This document shows positions 54,562 to 64,000 of a stretch of DNA of 64,000 nucleotides, piece by piece; position 1 is the stretch's first letter; every line of letters begins with the position of its first letter. Source of the stretch: a virus (Duplodnaviria > Heunggongvirae > Uroviricota > Caudoviricetes). The stretch is taken from the IMG/VR virus record IMGVR_UViG_3300044641_000519; one strand, written 5' to 3'. The notes under the pieces were generated by a model. It was not told the DNA's origin and ran no database searches. It was given only the letters and a program-made list of their open reading frames with translations. A program made the translations under genes and the position numbers.

Positions 54562-55167
54562 TTAATAAAAATTTATAATATAATTATTTCCTGTGCAACC
54601 ACAGTTATTTCTAATAAAGTTATTTAACATGCGATCTGCTTGCATGTATAGTTTGTTTGCTGTATCTACAGCACAGTTATTTGCAGCAGCTATTGATCCT
54701 GAAATCATGTAGTAAATACTATTTAAGTTTACCTTTGCTTGTGTTCTAATAGCTGAATCACACTCCATTAAGTCAAGTTTCATAAATGCATTATCAAACT
54801 TCTCTTGTATCAATTCAGTACGCATAATGTTCTTTTCTACATTATAAGTTAGAGCAGGAGCAACTGTATATTTTAAATAGTAAATACCATCTGGTAAAGG
54901 AATCAAAGGTTCACCAACAGCAGACAGTCCTAAAGATGTAGAATTGAATATATTAAACTCATTAGGAGTGAAAGGTAAAGAAACCACCCCAAAGTTAGGA
55001 ACAGTGATTTCTATTGTAGGGGCAGTTACAACAGGAGGATTTGTATCATATGTTGATGCATCAGCAACACCCAAAGTTAAAGTGTTGTAAGTTGGTATTA
55101 CTAGTATATCTAAGACCATGTTATTTAAAATAATAATGCCAGAGGATTTGAGAATTAATCCTCTCAC
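54562..55167 (-). CDS. hypothetical virion structural protein (201 aa)
   Basis: ORF in operon. Confidence 0.4.
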   Translation of the reverse strand: MRGLILKSSGIIILNNMVLDILVIPTYNTLTLGVADASTYDTNPPVVTAPTIEITVPNFGVVSLPFTPNEFNIFNSTSLGLSAVGEPLIPLPDGIYYLKYTVAPALTYNVEKNIMRTELIQEKFDNAFMKLDLMECDSAIRTQAKVNLNSIYYMISGSIAAANNCAVDTANKLYMQADRMLNNFIRNNCGCTGNNYIINFY

Positions 55168-55202
55168 CCTCTGGCATAGGTTAATATGATGCTACCTTTT
55201 TC

Positions 55203-56363
55203 TTAAGGGATCAAAGTAGTTGTTGTTGATGTAGAAGGCCATACAGTAGTTGTAGTGCTAGTTGTAGTGATACAAGCTGTGTCACCTGCAACAGCTCCTA
55301 AAGCAGCTACTAAGACAGCTTCAATCGCACTTGTTTGATTCTCAGGAACAGCAATGATTACCATGCTATCTTCCATGATATAGTCACCCCATTGGTAAGC
55401 ACTCTTATCATACTCATTGAATTTGATATAGTACAAATCATAGATCTGACCATCAGTTACCCAAGACTCAAAGTTCTCGTTGTAACCATTCATTCTGTAT
55501 AAATGTTTTAAGTAACCAGCTTGGTAGCTATAGAAGTTCTTCTCTAATTGTTGAACTTCAGCAGAAGTACCAACAGCATAGTTAGATCTTTGACGAATGA
55601 TTGGCTCAGCAACTCTGTTACAAGGATCATCAACAATGAAGTCAGCAGTTGTAGCTGGACCAGCAAAGATGAAAGTTCTGAAGTAGAATCTGTCATACTC
55701 AAAAGGGAATGCAGCAACATCACAAGGCTGACCATATTTAGTTAATGGCTTACCAGTAATACGTAAGAATGCACTTTGATTGTTACCAAGTCTTTGGAAT
55801 TGATAGAAATCACTCAAATAGATATTGTCTGGGTTGTCACCAGGAGCTCTAGATTCTAACTTAAGAATCAAAGCATCAATCAATGCAGGCACATCTACAT
55901 CTGTACAAGGATCACCACCACATTCTAAACATGGAGCGTTTACTGTTACAGAACGAGTGAAACCATTGAAGTACAATGTGTTCAAGTAGCTAGAGAAACC
56001 ACGTAAAGTTAAGGTGATAATTTCACCTGGTTTTACTGTGAAATCAACTACGTCAGTTACTTGATTCACTGGAGTAGGACAGCCTAAAGACTTGTACCAC
56101 TCAGTTACGTTTGAAGTACATCCAGATCCACTAGGACATCCTTTGATCTTGTCAGATCTTTTAGAGCCTTGTAAATACGTGTTTGTTCTACCTTGAGCAA
56201 CATAGAAATAAGGGGCAGCAGCAATGTTACCAGATGTGGCAACAGTGTAGTCATTTAGGAAAATACCTACTTGACCAGCTGTTAAATTCTGTGTAGATCC
56301 AGAGCTAGGTAATGTGTTTCCTACTGGTACTACAAAGAGGGTGGTTAGTGAAAAATCCGCCAT
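55203..56363 (-). CDS. virion structural protein (386 aa) with C-terminal Thr-rich tail
   Basis: ends ...TTTSTTTTVWPSTSTTTTLIP. Confidence 0.4.
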   Translation of the reverse strand: MADFSLTTLFVVPVGNTLPSSGSTQNLTAGQVGIFLNDYTVATSGNIAAAPYFYVAQGRTNTYLQGSKRSDKIKGCPSGSGCTSNVTEWYKSLGCPTPVNQVTDVVDFTVKPGEIITLTLRGFSSYLNTLYFNGFTRSVTVNAPCLECGGDPCTDVDVPALIDALILKLESRAPGDNPDNIYLSDFYQFQRLGNNQSAFLRITGKPLTKYGQPCDVAAFPFEYDRFYFRTFIFAGPATTADFIVDDPCNRVAEPIIRQRSNYAVGTSAEVQQLEKNFYSYQAGYLKHLYRMNGYNENFESWVTDGQIYDLYYIKFNEYDKSAYQWGDYIMEDSMVIIAVPENQTSAIEAVLVAALGAVAGDTACITTTSTTTTVWPSTSTTTTLIP

Positions 56364-56390
56364 TTTGTTTTATATTTAAATTGTAAAAAA

Positions 56391-57122
56391 TTATTCGTTT
56401 GTTTGTATCCTATAGATTGAGCTTTGAACAGCACTTTGGTTTTCTGTATACATTGCCAAGTTCTGTACTGTCAAATCTAATAACTCATCTTCTAAGTAAG
56501 TCTCAAGTTCACAGTTTTGATCAGTAGAAGGTAATCCATCTAACATGATATATCCTGTCTTGTTAATGTACACTGGATATCTCATATATGATATGTAAAT
56601 ATCTTTTGGTGTAAACGTACCATCTGTAAATACAGATATCTCATCAGAAGATAAAAAGTTAAATGTCTCTTGATATTCAAAAGAAGGCTTGTAGTTATCA
56701 TTAGTTAATATGAACTGAATGTCACCATGCTTAGCCAAATCTCTATTTATCCATATCTTTCTATCTGTACATCTTCCTTTGTCTGCTAATATATAACTAT
56801 CAAGATAGAACATATATTTTGGAGTCAAAGTATTAAGACTTGCAAAGTATTGATTTAACTCATCATTCTTTAACACTAATGGCAAAGGTTGATGGTTATA
56901 GGTGATAACTAAACTTTGAAGGTCTTCATAGCGTTTTTTAAACGCATCCAACCCATAACCAGAGTTTGTACTAGTACCATCAACCTTTTGCTTTATTAGC
57001 TTTATCTGAGCTTCGTTAAGTGCTAGAATCTTATCTTCTAGGTTAATTTGTTGATGCTCGTTTGTTGATAGTTTATTTAGTTTCTGATCAATCTTATATA
57101 ATAAACTATCTACTGGGATCAT
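56391..57122 (-). CDS. hypothetical virion structural protein (243 aa)
   Basis: ORF in operon, 4-nt overlap with the upstream gene. Confidence 0.4.
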   Translation of the reverse strand: MIPVDSLLYKIDQKLNKLSTNEHQQINLEDKILALNEAQIKLIKQKVDGTSTNSGYGLDAFKKRYEDLQSLVITYNHQPLPLVLKNDELNQYFASLNTLTPKYMFYLDSYILADKGRCTDRKIWINRDLAKHGDIQFILTNDNYKPSFEYQETFNFLSSDEISVFTDGTFTPKDIYISYMRYPVYINKTGYIMLDGLPSTDQNCELETYLEDELLDLTVQNLAMYTENQSAVQSSIYRIQTNE

Positions 57123-58084
57123 AATGAGGCTATTTTTTTTCCTTTCAATTTGCCTTCCAAAGTCAATAACTGATCTTGGTTGTCTTCATCTGCAAGGAAT
57201 TTAACTAAATCATCTTCGTCAACTGCTATTTCAAATTCACCTTCGAAAACTCTACCATTAGGTCTCACTCTATAAATTGAATGAGCAACAGCTTGTTTTA
57301 CTAGGTCTTTAATATGGAGCAAGTTTTCTTTCATATCTGCAAATCTGTTGAACACTTCTATTGGATTCAAACCTTGATATTTGCCATTCTTGAATTCTGT
57401 TTGTTTTAGGAGGTTATCCACCTGATTGTAAACTGCTTCTTCTTTAGAATCATCAGATACTGGAAGACCAAGTAGACGAGCCACTTTCTTCTTCTTCTCA
57501 GGAGTCATAGAATCAAACTTAATAATAGCTTTATTAATAAGTTGCTTCTTTTTAAACATCACCTTGTTTTCAATCTCATCATCTGCAACATAATATTGAA
57601 TGTCTGCAGGATATTCACCACGCTCCCAAGCTTGATAGCTAGAAGCAATTGTTGGATGAACTCTTAACCATGAGAATGCTAGCTCTTGCAATGGCATTGA
57701 CAAATCATAAAAATTGTCGCCATCCATAAGCTTAACAGGTTGTACGTGTAATGAATCATCAGTAGACGTTGATAAGCCATAGTTCCAGAAAGTAGAACGA
57801 GGACTTAAGTCAACATTTAATGCTGCTTCAAGTTTATCTCTTAATTCTGTTACTCTTTCAACCTCCATCTCTCTTTCAAGAGGATCAGAGATTCTTCTGA
57901 TGTAAGCAGCCTTTGGATCTAAGCCTGTTCTGTACTGACCATCCAATTCTTTATAAGGATATTTGAAAACTCCTGTACCAGGAATTCTTGTGTACCCTCT
58001 TGATGCAAGTCCACCTTGCATTGTTTGTAATTGAGAATTGTTGTAATCTTTTTTAATAGTAGAGATTTTTCCTATCTTGCCCAT
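57119..58084 (-). CDS. hypothetical virion structural protein (321 aa), first gene after the capsid-gene hairpin region
   Basis: ORF in operon. Confidence 0.4.
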   Translation of the reverse strand: MGKIGKISTIKKDYNNSQLQTMQGGLASRGYTRIPGTGVFKYPYKELDGQYRTGLDPKAAYIRRISDPLEREMEVERVTELRDKLEAALNVDLSPRSTFWNYGLSTSTDDSLHVQPVKLMDGDNFYDLSMPLQELAFSWLRVHPTIASSYQAWERGEYPADIQYYVADDEIENKVMFKKKQLINKAIIKFDSMTPEKKKKVARLLGLPVSDDSKEEAVYNQVDNLLKQTEFKNGKYQGLNPIEVFNRFADMKENLLHIKDLVKQAVAHSIYRVRPNGRVFEGEFEIAVDEDDLVKFLADEDNQDQLLTLEGKLKGKKIASL

Positions 58085-58173
58085 ATGTAGTTGTTTTTAT
58101 TTGGTTTATTTGCAGATGGTCCCCATCGAAGGGAACACTGTACAGAATTTACTTGTACCTGTCCATCTGTGTT

Positions 58174-58222
58174 AGAAGACTCCCCCACTGGGATGTGGGG
58201 GGAAAGTCTTCTGATTTTTTTA
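58174..58222 (+). terminator. strong hairpin GAAGACTCCCCCAC-TGGGAT-GTGGGGG(G)AAAGTCTTC followed by T7 on the plus strand; terminator-like structure just downstream of the putative capsid gene (plus-strand orientation is odd in a minus-strand operon)
   Basis: 13-14 bp GC-rich stem then TGATTTTTTTAT on the plus strand; on the minus strand the same hairpin lacks a U-tract. Confidence 0.4.
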
Positions 58223-58274
58223 TGCGAAACACCAAGGGTGTCAGTCTAAGAATACTATCCTTAGAGGGGCATTA

Positions 58275-59828
58275 TTAGAATTGAGGAATCTCTTCAATCA
58301 ATACTGTTCTAGATAAATCTTCAATGAATACATCACAACGATCTTTCATCCAGATTTCATATCCTGGGAATTTGTTCGCAGAACTCATACCTTGAGACTT
58401 AGCAAAGCCTAAGTGGTGACGAGTACCATCGATATAACCCCAAGTCATAGAAGGAGCACCCTTCATACGTACTTCACGAATGTTATTGATCATAGAACCA
58501 TCAGACATTGGAGATACATCAAACACCATAAATACTGGAGTTGACTTCTTGTTTTGTCCAAATTCTAAATTTGTTTGAGGTAAGTCTAATTCTTTCAAGT
58601 GAATTAATTCAACACGACCAGTCTCACGAGTTACCATTGCATCGAATGCAAAGTTGTAAGTGATGTGTTGTCCTTCTCCTTGCATGTATCTGTTACCAGA
58701 ATCAGCCATGAAAGTTAAACCAGAGTTCAAAGCGTCATTCTTCAAAGCTTGTTGGAACACGTCAAAACCAGCTTCGTTAGTGTACATTTTAACTCTTCTA
58801 TCTTTAACATCAACACGTCTGTAGAATAAGTCACCAAACACTGAACGAATCAAGTTTGCAGTGAACTCACCACGATTGTATTGAACTAAGTTACCATTGT
58901 TACGCATTCTGTGGTAAACACCAGCAGATGTACGCTTTAATTCTTGCTTAGAACCATTAGTCTTCACAGTTCCAGGACGAGCCCAGATCATACGCTTAAC
59001 TTTTAATTCTAACATAGACTTACGCATCCAGAACTCAATAAATGGTTCCCACTTAACATCATTACGAGTTAAAGGTAATTGGTTACGTCTTTGAGGAGCA
59101 TATACTAAGATATCTAAAGGTTTGCCAGAAGCATCTCTCATCATCTTGTCATCAGCCCACTCTGTAATTTTGTGCTCATAACCATATGCAGAACCTAAAG
59201 ATTCAAACATTGTGATTTGCTCACCTAAACGAGGAAGACCTAATAAGTCTTGATCAAACTCACCAATTGCAGCATCAACTAATTCTAGTTCGATACCAAC
59301 TTGTAAGAATGTACCACTTACGAAATCAACTGTAGGATTGTCACTCACCAAAGTGAAAGTGTACAAGAAGCCCATATTCCAAGGAACAGGATCTTTTACT
59401 ACATAGAAACGAGGACCATACTGACGAGTACCTACAGAAATGATAGCGTTCTTAGAGAACTCATTAGTGTCGATAATCAATTGGAACTCTTGACCATCAA
59501 TACCAGGCTTGGATAACTCCAAAGTGCTAGTAGGAACGTCAATGATTTTTGGGAACTTGTAAGGAACTTGTACTTGCCATTTCCAAGCATCACTGTTATT
59601 ATCGATATAGTAAGGAGTAGACTTGTTAATCATGTCTAAGAAGTCATTACTATAAAGAGAACTCTGAGTGTACAAACTGATAATCTTCTTATCATAGTCT
59701 GCAGGCTCTGTAGAGTGAAAGCTCTCTAAGTGGTTTGAGTCAGTCAACTTACCTACTGCACGCTTATCCATAGAAGCGACACGAGCATAAGTAAATCCAG
59801 TTAAACCTGGAATTGTTTGAATTGCCAT
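58275..59828 (-). CDS. putative major capsid protein (517 aa)
   Basis: size, position directly after an acidic scaffold-like gene and before a strong hairpin; no direct family match is possible from sequence alone. Confidence 0.45.
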   Translation of the reverse strand: MAIQTIPGLTGFTYARVASMDKRAVGKLTDSNHLESFHSTEPADYDKKIISLYTQSSLYSNDFLDMINKSTPYYIDNNSDAWKWQVQVPYKFPKIIDVPTSTLELSKPGIDGQEFQLIIDTNEFSKNAIISVGTRQYGPRFYVVKDPVPWNMGFLYTFTLVSDNPTVDFVSGTFLQVGIELELVDAAIGEFDQDLLGLPRLGEQITMFESLGSAYGYEHKITEWADDKMMRDASGKPLDILVYAPQRRNQLPLTRNDVKWEPFIEFWMRKSMLELKVKRMIWARPGTVKTNGSKQELKRTSAGVYHRMRNNGNLVQYNRGEFTANLIRSVFGDLFYRRVDVKDRRVKMYTNEAGFDVFQQALKNDALNSGLTFMADSGNRYMQGEGQHITYNFAFDAMVTRETGRVELIHLKELDLPQTNLEFGQNKKSTPVFMVFDVSPMSDGSMINNIREVRMKGAPSMTWGYIDGTRHHLGFAKSQGMSSANKFPGYEIWMKDRCDVFIEDLSRTVLIEEIPQF

Positions 59829-59863
59829 TGTTATACTTTTTTAATTTTTGTTATATAAATTGT

Positions 59864-61138
59864 TTATTGAAACCAAGAAGTGGATCTAGCTGACTGTTTA
59901 GATTTCACTGAACTCTTCTGGGCTTGTCTGGCAACCTCACCAAATAACTCATTTGATTTTTTGGTGATACCTGTCTTTTGAATAGTAGATAATGTAGGGT
60001 CTTTTTCTAAGATCTTCATTATCAATGCAAGCTTTACTTTTGTTGCATGATTCTCAGGACGTTTCAGCTCCAGTATAGTACGATCAAAATCTGTGAGGGT
60101 TTCTCCAGATGCTGTCTTGTACTTGTCTGTTACTAGGAAATCTTGTAGTTCACCAGCTAATTTAGGGTTAATTGGTATGCCATCAAATTCTTTAGCTTTA
60201 ATCTTATCCTGTAAAACTTGGTTTACATTTTGTAAGTATTGTTGCTTGATGGCTTGTTGCTCTTGCAATTGAGCTTGTTTATCTTGCTCTAATTGTTGAA
60301 GCTTTGATGCTTCTTTCTTTATTAAGACTTTATGATGTTTAGCAGCAACAGTTTCTAAATCACCATAGTTTTTAAGTCTTTCAACCTCTGTTGTAACATC
60401 TTCAGGATCAAACCCTTGATCTGTCAATGCTTGTTTGATGATAGCAACTTGATTACTCTCATTGCTTAAATCCATCTCAGAGAAAGATTGGATTTGATTA
60501 AATGCACTAAAGTAGTCTTTTGGACTAACTCCTTTTACAAATATGGCATCAAATGCTTCTTGATAATCTTCTCCAAACTGACCAATGAAGTTGTTTACTA
60601 TTTCAATAGCTCCCTTCTTCTTCTCTGCTTGGAACTTCTCCAAGAAAGCTTCAGGGCTATCAATTGCTGTTTCTTCTTCATCCTCATCTTGTGAAAAGAC
60701 ACCTAGTTTTAAAAGATCTTTTGATAAAGCTTCGAATTGGTTAGGAACTCCTTCTTCACCATCTTCGTCATCTTCATTACTATCTTCTTGATTATCAGCA
60801 CTTTTTGCAACTGGTTTCTTATCTGTTGCAGGAGCTTCATCATCTTCTTCAGCATCTTCGTCTTCTCCATATAAGAAACTTTGAATGTCCTTTTCAGGAG
60901 CTTCGTCTTTCTTATCATCTTCTGGAGCAGGAGTAGATGCAGCTGTTTGTTTAGAAGTAGTTTTCTTTGTTGGAGCAGGAGCAGGTTCATCTTTAATGTC
61001 CTGAATGTCATCAGGATTAGATGTAGCACTTTCAGGAGATAACAAGTCATTTAATAACTCTTGATTTCCCATTCCCATATCCATAGTATCTTGAATACTA
61101 AAGTTGCCCATTTGGGGCATATCTAGATTTTCAGCCAT
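59864..61138 (-). CDS. acidic coiled-coil protein (putative scaffolding/head-assembly protein)
   Basis: Asp/Glu-rich N-terminal half (EDEDAEEDDEAPATDKK...), C-terminal coiled coil (QLEQDKQAQLQEQQAIKQQYLQ), located immediately upstream of the putative capsid gene. Confidence 0.4.
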   Translation of the reverse strand: MAENLDMPQMGNFSIQDTMDMGMGNQELLNDLLSPESATSNPDDIQDIKDEPAPAPTKKTTSKQTAASTPAPEDDKKDEAPEKDIQSFLYGEDEDAEEDDEAPATDKKPVAKSADNQEDSNEDDEDGEEGVPNQFEALSKDLLKLGVFSQDEDEEETAIDSPEAFLEKFQAEKKKGAIEIVNNFIGQFGEDYQEAFDAIFVKGVSPKDYFSAFNQIQSFSEMDLSNESNQVAIIKQALTDQGFDPEDVTTEVERLKNYGDLETVAAKHHKVLIKKEASKLQQLEQDKQAQLQEQQAIKQQYLQNVNQVLQDKIKAKEFDGIPINPKLAGELQDFLVTDKYKTASGETLTDFDRTILELKRPENHATKVKLALIMKILEKDPTLSTIQKTGITKKSNELFGEVARQAQKSSVKSKQSARSTSWFQ

Positions 61139-61257
61139 ATGTAGTTGAGTTTTAATTGGTTTTGTATGTAAAAGTAAATTAACTTAAGTTACTAGCAAAG
61201 AGAGGAGCCTTTATATTGATCATTATTCAGTATAATATAGCATTAATATTTTTTACT

Positions 61258-61788
61258 CTAATCTAATTTGTTAAGAAAATTGTCATTTATAAGTCTATAA
61301 CTTCTGATTGGGGCAAGGTCTGTTAGTGTAACTTGTTGAACATCAACCCCCCACTTCCTAGCTTCCACCCTAACTTTCTTTGTCAAAGTGTTATCTAATT
61401 CAGAATCTGTACATTCCTCCATGGTCATTGACATAATAACGTTTTTTATTATGCTTTGAGACATGTCTGACAATGCATCTTGTGCATCAAACACTTCAAG
61501 TAGAAATATCTTTACATCTGATATCTTGTATTTTACAACTCCCTTGACAACAATGTTTTGTTTATCTAGGGTATACAAAGACTGAGCGTCTAAGCTAAGT
61601 GTTGTAACTACTACATGCTGATCTATCACTTCGTCAAAGAAAGGAACTTTAAAATGTATGCCTGGAAGCAAAACTTGATTAAACTTTCCAAATCTTAGAA
61701 GTACAGCCTGTTCATAGTCTCTGATGATGATGAATGGTAGAATATGATTCCACCATTCAATCAATACATCAATTAGTTTATCAAACAT
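61258..61788 (-). CDS. hypothetical protein (176 aa)
   Basis: ORF between portal-like and scaffold-like genes. Confidence 0.35.
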   Translation of the reverse strand: MFDKLIDVLIEWWNHILPFIIIRDYEQAVLLRFGKFNQVLLPGIHFKVPFFDEVIDQHVVVTTLSLDAQSLYTLDKQNIVVKGVVKYKISDVKIFLLEVFDAQDALSDMSQSIIKNVIMSMTMEECTDSELDNTLTKKVRVEARKWGVDVQQVTLTDLAPIRSYRLINDNFLNKLD

Positions 61789-61790
61789 AT

Positions 61791-64000
61791 TTATTTGGTT
61801 TTCTTAGCTCTACCCTTAGCGTTCTCTTTAGCTACAGCAAGATCATTAGCTTGATTCTCCCTAGCTATCTTTAACTTCTCTCTTTCTATCTCTAGCTTCT
61901 GAGAAGCAAGTTGGTTCTTGCTTTGTACATCCATCATCTTAGCTTGGTAATCTCTTTCAGCCTTTGACTGAGCCAAAGCCAGTTTGTCAATTTCTAGCAC
62001 ATCAGGAGTACCACTGGTATCAATATCTGATAAAGGACCACTCTTAGATTCAGCTGCAATAAGAGCAATTTCTTTCTTATTGATTCTATCAAGCTCAGCT
62101 TGGTAGTTTTCATTAGCTAGTTTTTCTTCTGCTTGTATTTGAGCCGCTTCAATCTGAGCCTGAGCAATTTGTTGTGTTTGTTCAATTTCTTGTTGCTTTT
62201 GTTGTAACTGAGCGTTCTGCATAGACTCTTGTCTATCCTTCAATTTCTTAAACACCTGCTTCATTTGTCTCATTGAGTTGGTGCTATATAGTTCAATTAC
62301 ATCATGTAAAGATCCACCATTTTGTATAACAGCTTGAGACAACCCTCTAATCTCATTAAACATTTGTCTATCTTCAGGTCTGTTAGTTAAGAATACTTTT
62401 AAGTCTCTAAAACGTAAGTCTGTACCATTTACAGATACAAATGCAGATTCTCCCTCAGACGTAATATAAGATATAGTAGACTGTGGTTTCTTACTCTCAA
62501 CGTATAAAGCTGCATCAATAATTGATTGATATAGCTGACCTAATACATATTCATGTGCTACAAACAAAGGTTCTGTCTGAGCATAAGATTGTGTAATAGC
62601 TGCGTTAGTACCTGTTGCTGATTCACTAGCTTGTACAGATCCTAGTCTTTGTCTTGACATACCTATTAATTCCCAACACTCATTCTTAAGTTGTTGTGCT
62701 AGAGTATATCTTGCTTGGATCTCCTGCGTACGTGTAAGGTCAAGACTAGTATATTGGTTAAATGAACTTGGGCTCTTTAAGTTTTCAGGGCTATCATCTA
62801 CAAATACCACACCTCTGTTACGAGCTTCCATTTCCCAAATATCAAGAGCATCTTGAGCATCTCCATCTTTAGGAATAGGAATGTGTCTAATAGACATTAA
62901 TTGCACCTTACCCACTTCTTTCTCAAGTAACTTATATAACTGGTTCATACACACATTATACAAAACTTGGAAAGGCTTCATCATATCTACAAGGCTCTTA
63001 GCCTCTGTATTCTTAACCTCAAATACTTGACCAATGATTGGACAGTAAGGTAATAAGTTATAAGGTTTAATATGGTAGATGTCTGGACCAATCTTAGTAC
63101 CTTGATACCATTGGTTAATCCATCCCCATTCTAATGACTGTTCTGTAGGGATTGTTTTAGATTTGTAATCTTCATCTACTAACATAGATTGTTCATTACC
63201 CATCTCATCTGTATATATCAACTTTCCTATCTTCTTTTTAGAAATCCAATAGGATCTTACCACTACATACTTGTAACCAAAAGAGCTTACATTAGATGTA
63301 AGTCCTAAGAAATCCTGAAGACCATCATTGTTCTCTTTCATCTCAGACTCAATAATCATTCTAGTCTGTAAGACTAGTGGATCGTACGTATCATACTGAA
63401 TAGAGTCATTACCAGGAATAGCATTAGGGTTACCTAAGTTAGATTCACGTACGTTGATAAGACCATAGTCTTGTAATGAACTACGTAAGTGGTCAATCTC
63501 ATCTTTAGTTAAGTCTGGAATAGACTCAATGATTTCAGACAATTCCATAACTTGTACAGTACCAGCAGCATATGCTCCTTGACTTCTACCAGTTGTATCT
63601 GATATATACTTTCTATCTGGAGTGGTTAAGAACCAAGTGTTCTTAGGATTAGCTACTTCTACATTAAATCCTGTCTTTGAGTTGTCCTCATAGATATGGA
63701 AGAATTCTCTAGAAGAAATCAAAAGATCTCTAAAAGCATCTTCAGACTTTTCCTTTAATACAAACTCAGCTTTCTCAGCAGTTAATATATGGTTTGCCCA
63801 TTTCTCTGCTATAGATGTATAACTATCAAGTTCATCTTTTACTTGTTCTAATGTTTTCTCCTGTAACTCCTCATCTGAAATCTCTACACCATCAAATGCT
63901 GCTTTCTCTAATATCTTTCTTTGTGCTTGAGAAACAACATAGTCTTGTAATAGTTGGGTTTTAAACTCAAGCTCTTCAGCTTTACTATCATCATCAAATG
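61791..64000 (-). CDS. putative portal protein, partial (N-terminus beyond window edge)
   Basis: the reading frame stays open from 63722 to the window edge (hand-translated ...FDDDSKAEELEFKTQLLQDYVVSQAQRKILEKAAFDGVEISDEELQEKTLEQVKDELDSYTSIAEKWANHILTAEKAEFVLKEKSEDAFRDLLISSREFF), so the TTG at 63722 reported in the ORF track is internal; >730 aa with C-terminal coiled coil, upstream of scaffold/capsid genes. Confidence 0.35.
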   Translation of the reverse strand, partial: FDDDSKAEELEFKTQLLQDYVVSQAQRKILEKAAFDGVEISDEELQEKTLEQVKDELDSYTSIAEKWANHILTAEKAEFVLKEKSEDAFRDLLISSREFFHIYEDNSKTGFNVEVANPKNTWFLTTPDRKYISDTTGRSQGAYAAGTVQVMELSEIIESIPDLTKDEIDHLRSSLQDYGLINVRESNLGNPNAIPGNDSIQYDTYDPLVLQTRMIIESEMKENNDGLQDFLGLTSNVSSFGYKYVVVRSYWISKKKIGKLIYTDEMGNEQSMLVDEDYKSKTIPTEQSLEWGWINQWYQGTKIGPDIYHIKPYNLLPYCPIIGQVFEVKNTEAKSLVDMMKPFQVLYNVCMNQLYKLLEKEVGKVQLMSIRHIPIPKDGDAQDALDIWEMEARNRGVVFVDDSPENLKSPSSFNQYTSLDLTRTQEIQARYTLAQQLKNECWELIGMSRQRLGSVQASESATGTNAAITQSYAQTEPLFVAHEYVLGQLYQSIIDAALYVESKKPQSTISYITSEGESAFVSVNGTDLRFRDLKVFLTNRPEDRQMFNEIRGLSQAVIQNGGSLHDVIELYSTNSMRQMKQVFKKLKDRQESMQNAQLQQKQQEIEQTQQIAQAQIEAAQIQAEEKLANENYQAELDRINKKEIALIAAESKSGPLSDIDTSGTPDVLEIDKLALAQSKAERDYQAKMMDVQSKNQLASQKLEIEREKLKIARENQANDLAVAKENAKGRAKKTK

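Noticed and set aside
58085-58274. tRNA gene in the longest intergenic region
   Set aside because: No GTTCRANYC-like T-loop, no 7-bp acceptor stem with a properly spaced D- and anticodon-arm; the hairpins present do not give a cloverleaf.
1-64000. Integrase, transposase or attachment-site signatures (prophage boundary or mobile element)
   Set aside because: No tyrosine or serine recombinase motifs, no IS terminal inverted repeats and no tRNA-associated direct repeats were recognised; the window is internal to the phage structural region.

Overview
The window is an AT-rich, densely coding stretch of a large tailed-phage genome, probably a crAss-like phage infecting a Bacteroidota-type host, either free or integrated. 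Nearly the whole window (3764 to the 64000 edge) is one co-directional minus-strand virion-structural block. Read in transcription order it contains a partial portal-like gene running off the right edge, an acidic scaffold-like protein, and a putative major capsid protein followed by a structured intergenic region. Small structural genes and Cys-rich fibre-adaptor proteins follow, then a terminator/promoter junction and a metallophosphoesterase. Next come a 1740-aa Thr-linker tail protein and several giant internal (cargo) proteins. One of these is a 3677-aa protein carrying an RNA-polymerase-like DFDID catalytic motif. After an intergenic promoter region come two giant tail-fibre genes of 2743 and 1972 aa. 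Both are full of Ser/Thr-rich Gly-X-Y (collagen-like) repeats, and the second ends in an S74 self-cleaving chaperone domain. A BNR/Asp-box repeat protein follows them. At the left end, a convergent plus-strand cassette encodes a SAM methyltransferase and three glycosyltransferases. I found no rRNA, tRNA, CRISPR array, integrase or transposase. The most interesting hypotheses are a virion-packaged giant RNA polymerase and a phage-encoded glycosylation module placed next to Ser/Thr-rich fibres. Modular recombining fibre genes share an N-terminal Cys-rich adaptor domain. The many plus-strand ORFs inside the repeat regions are antisense shadows of those repeats.
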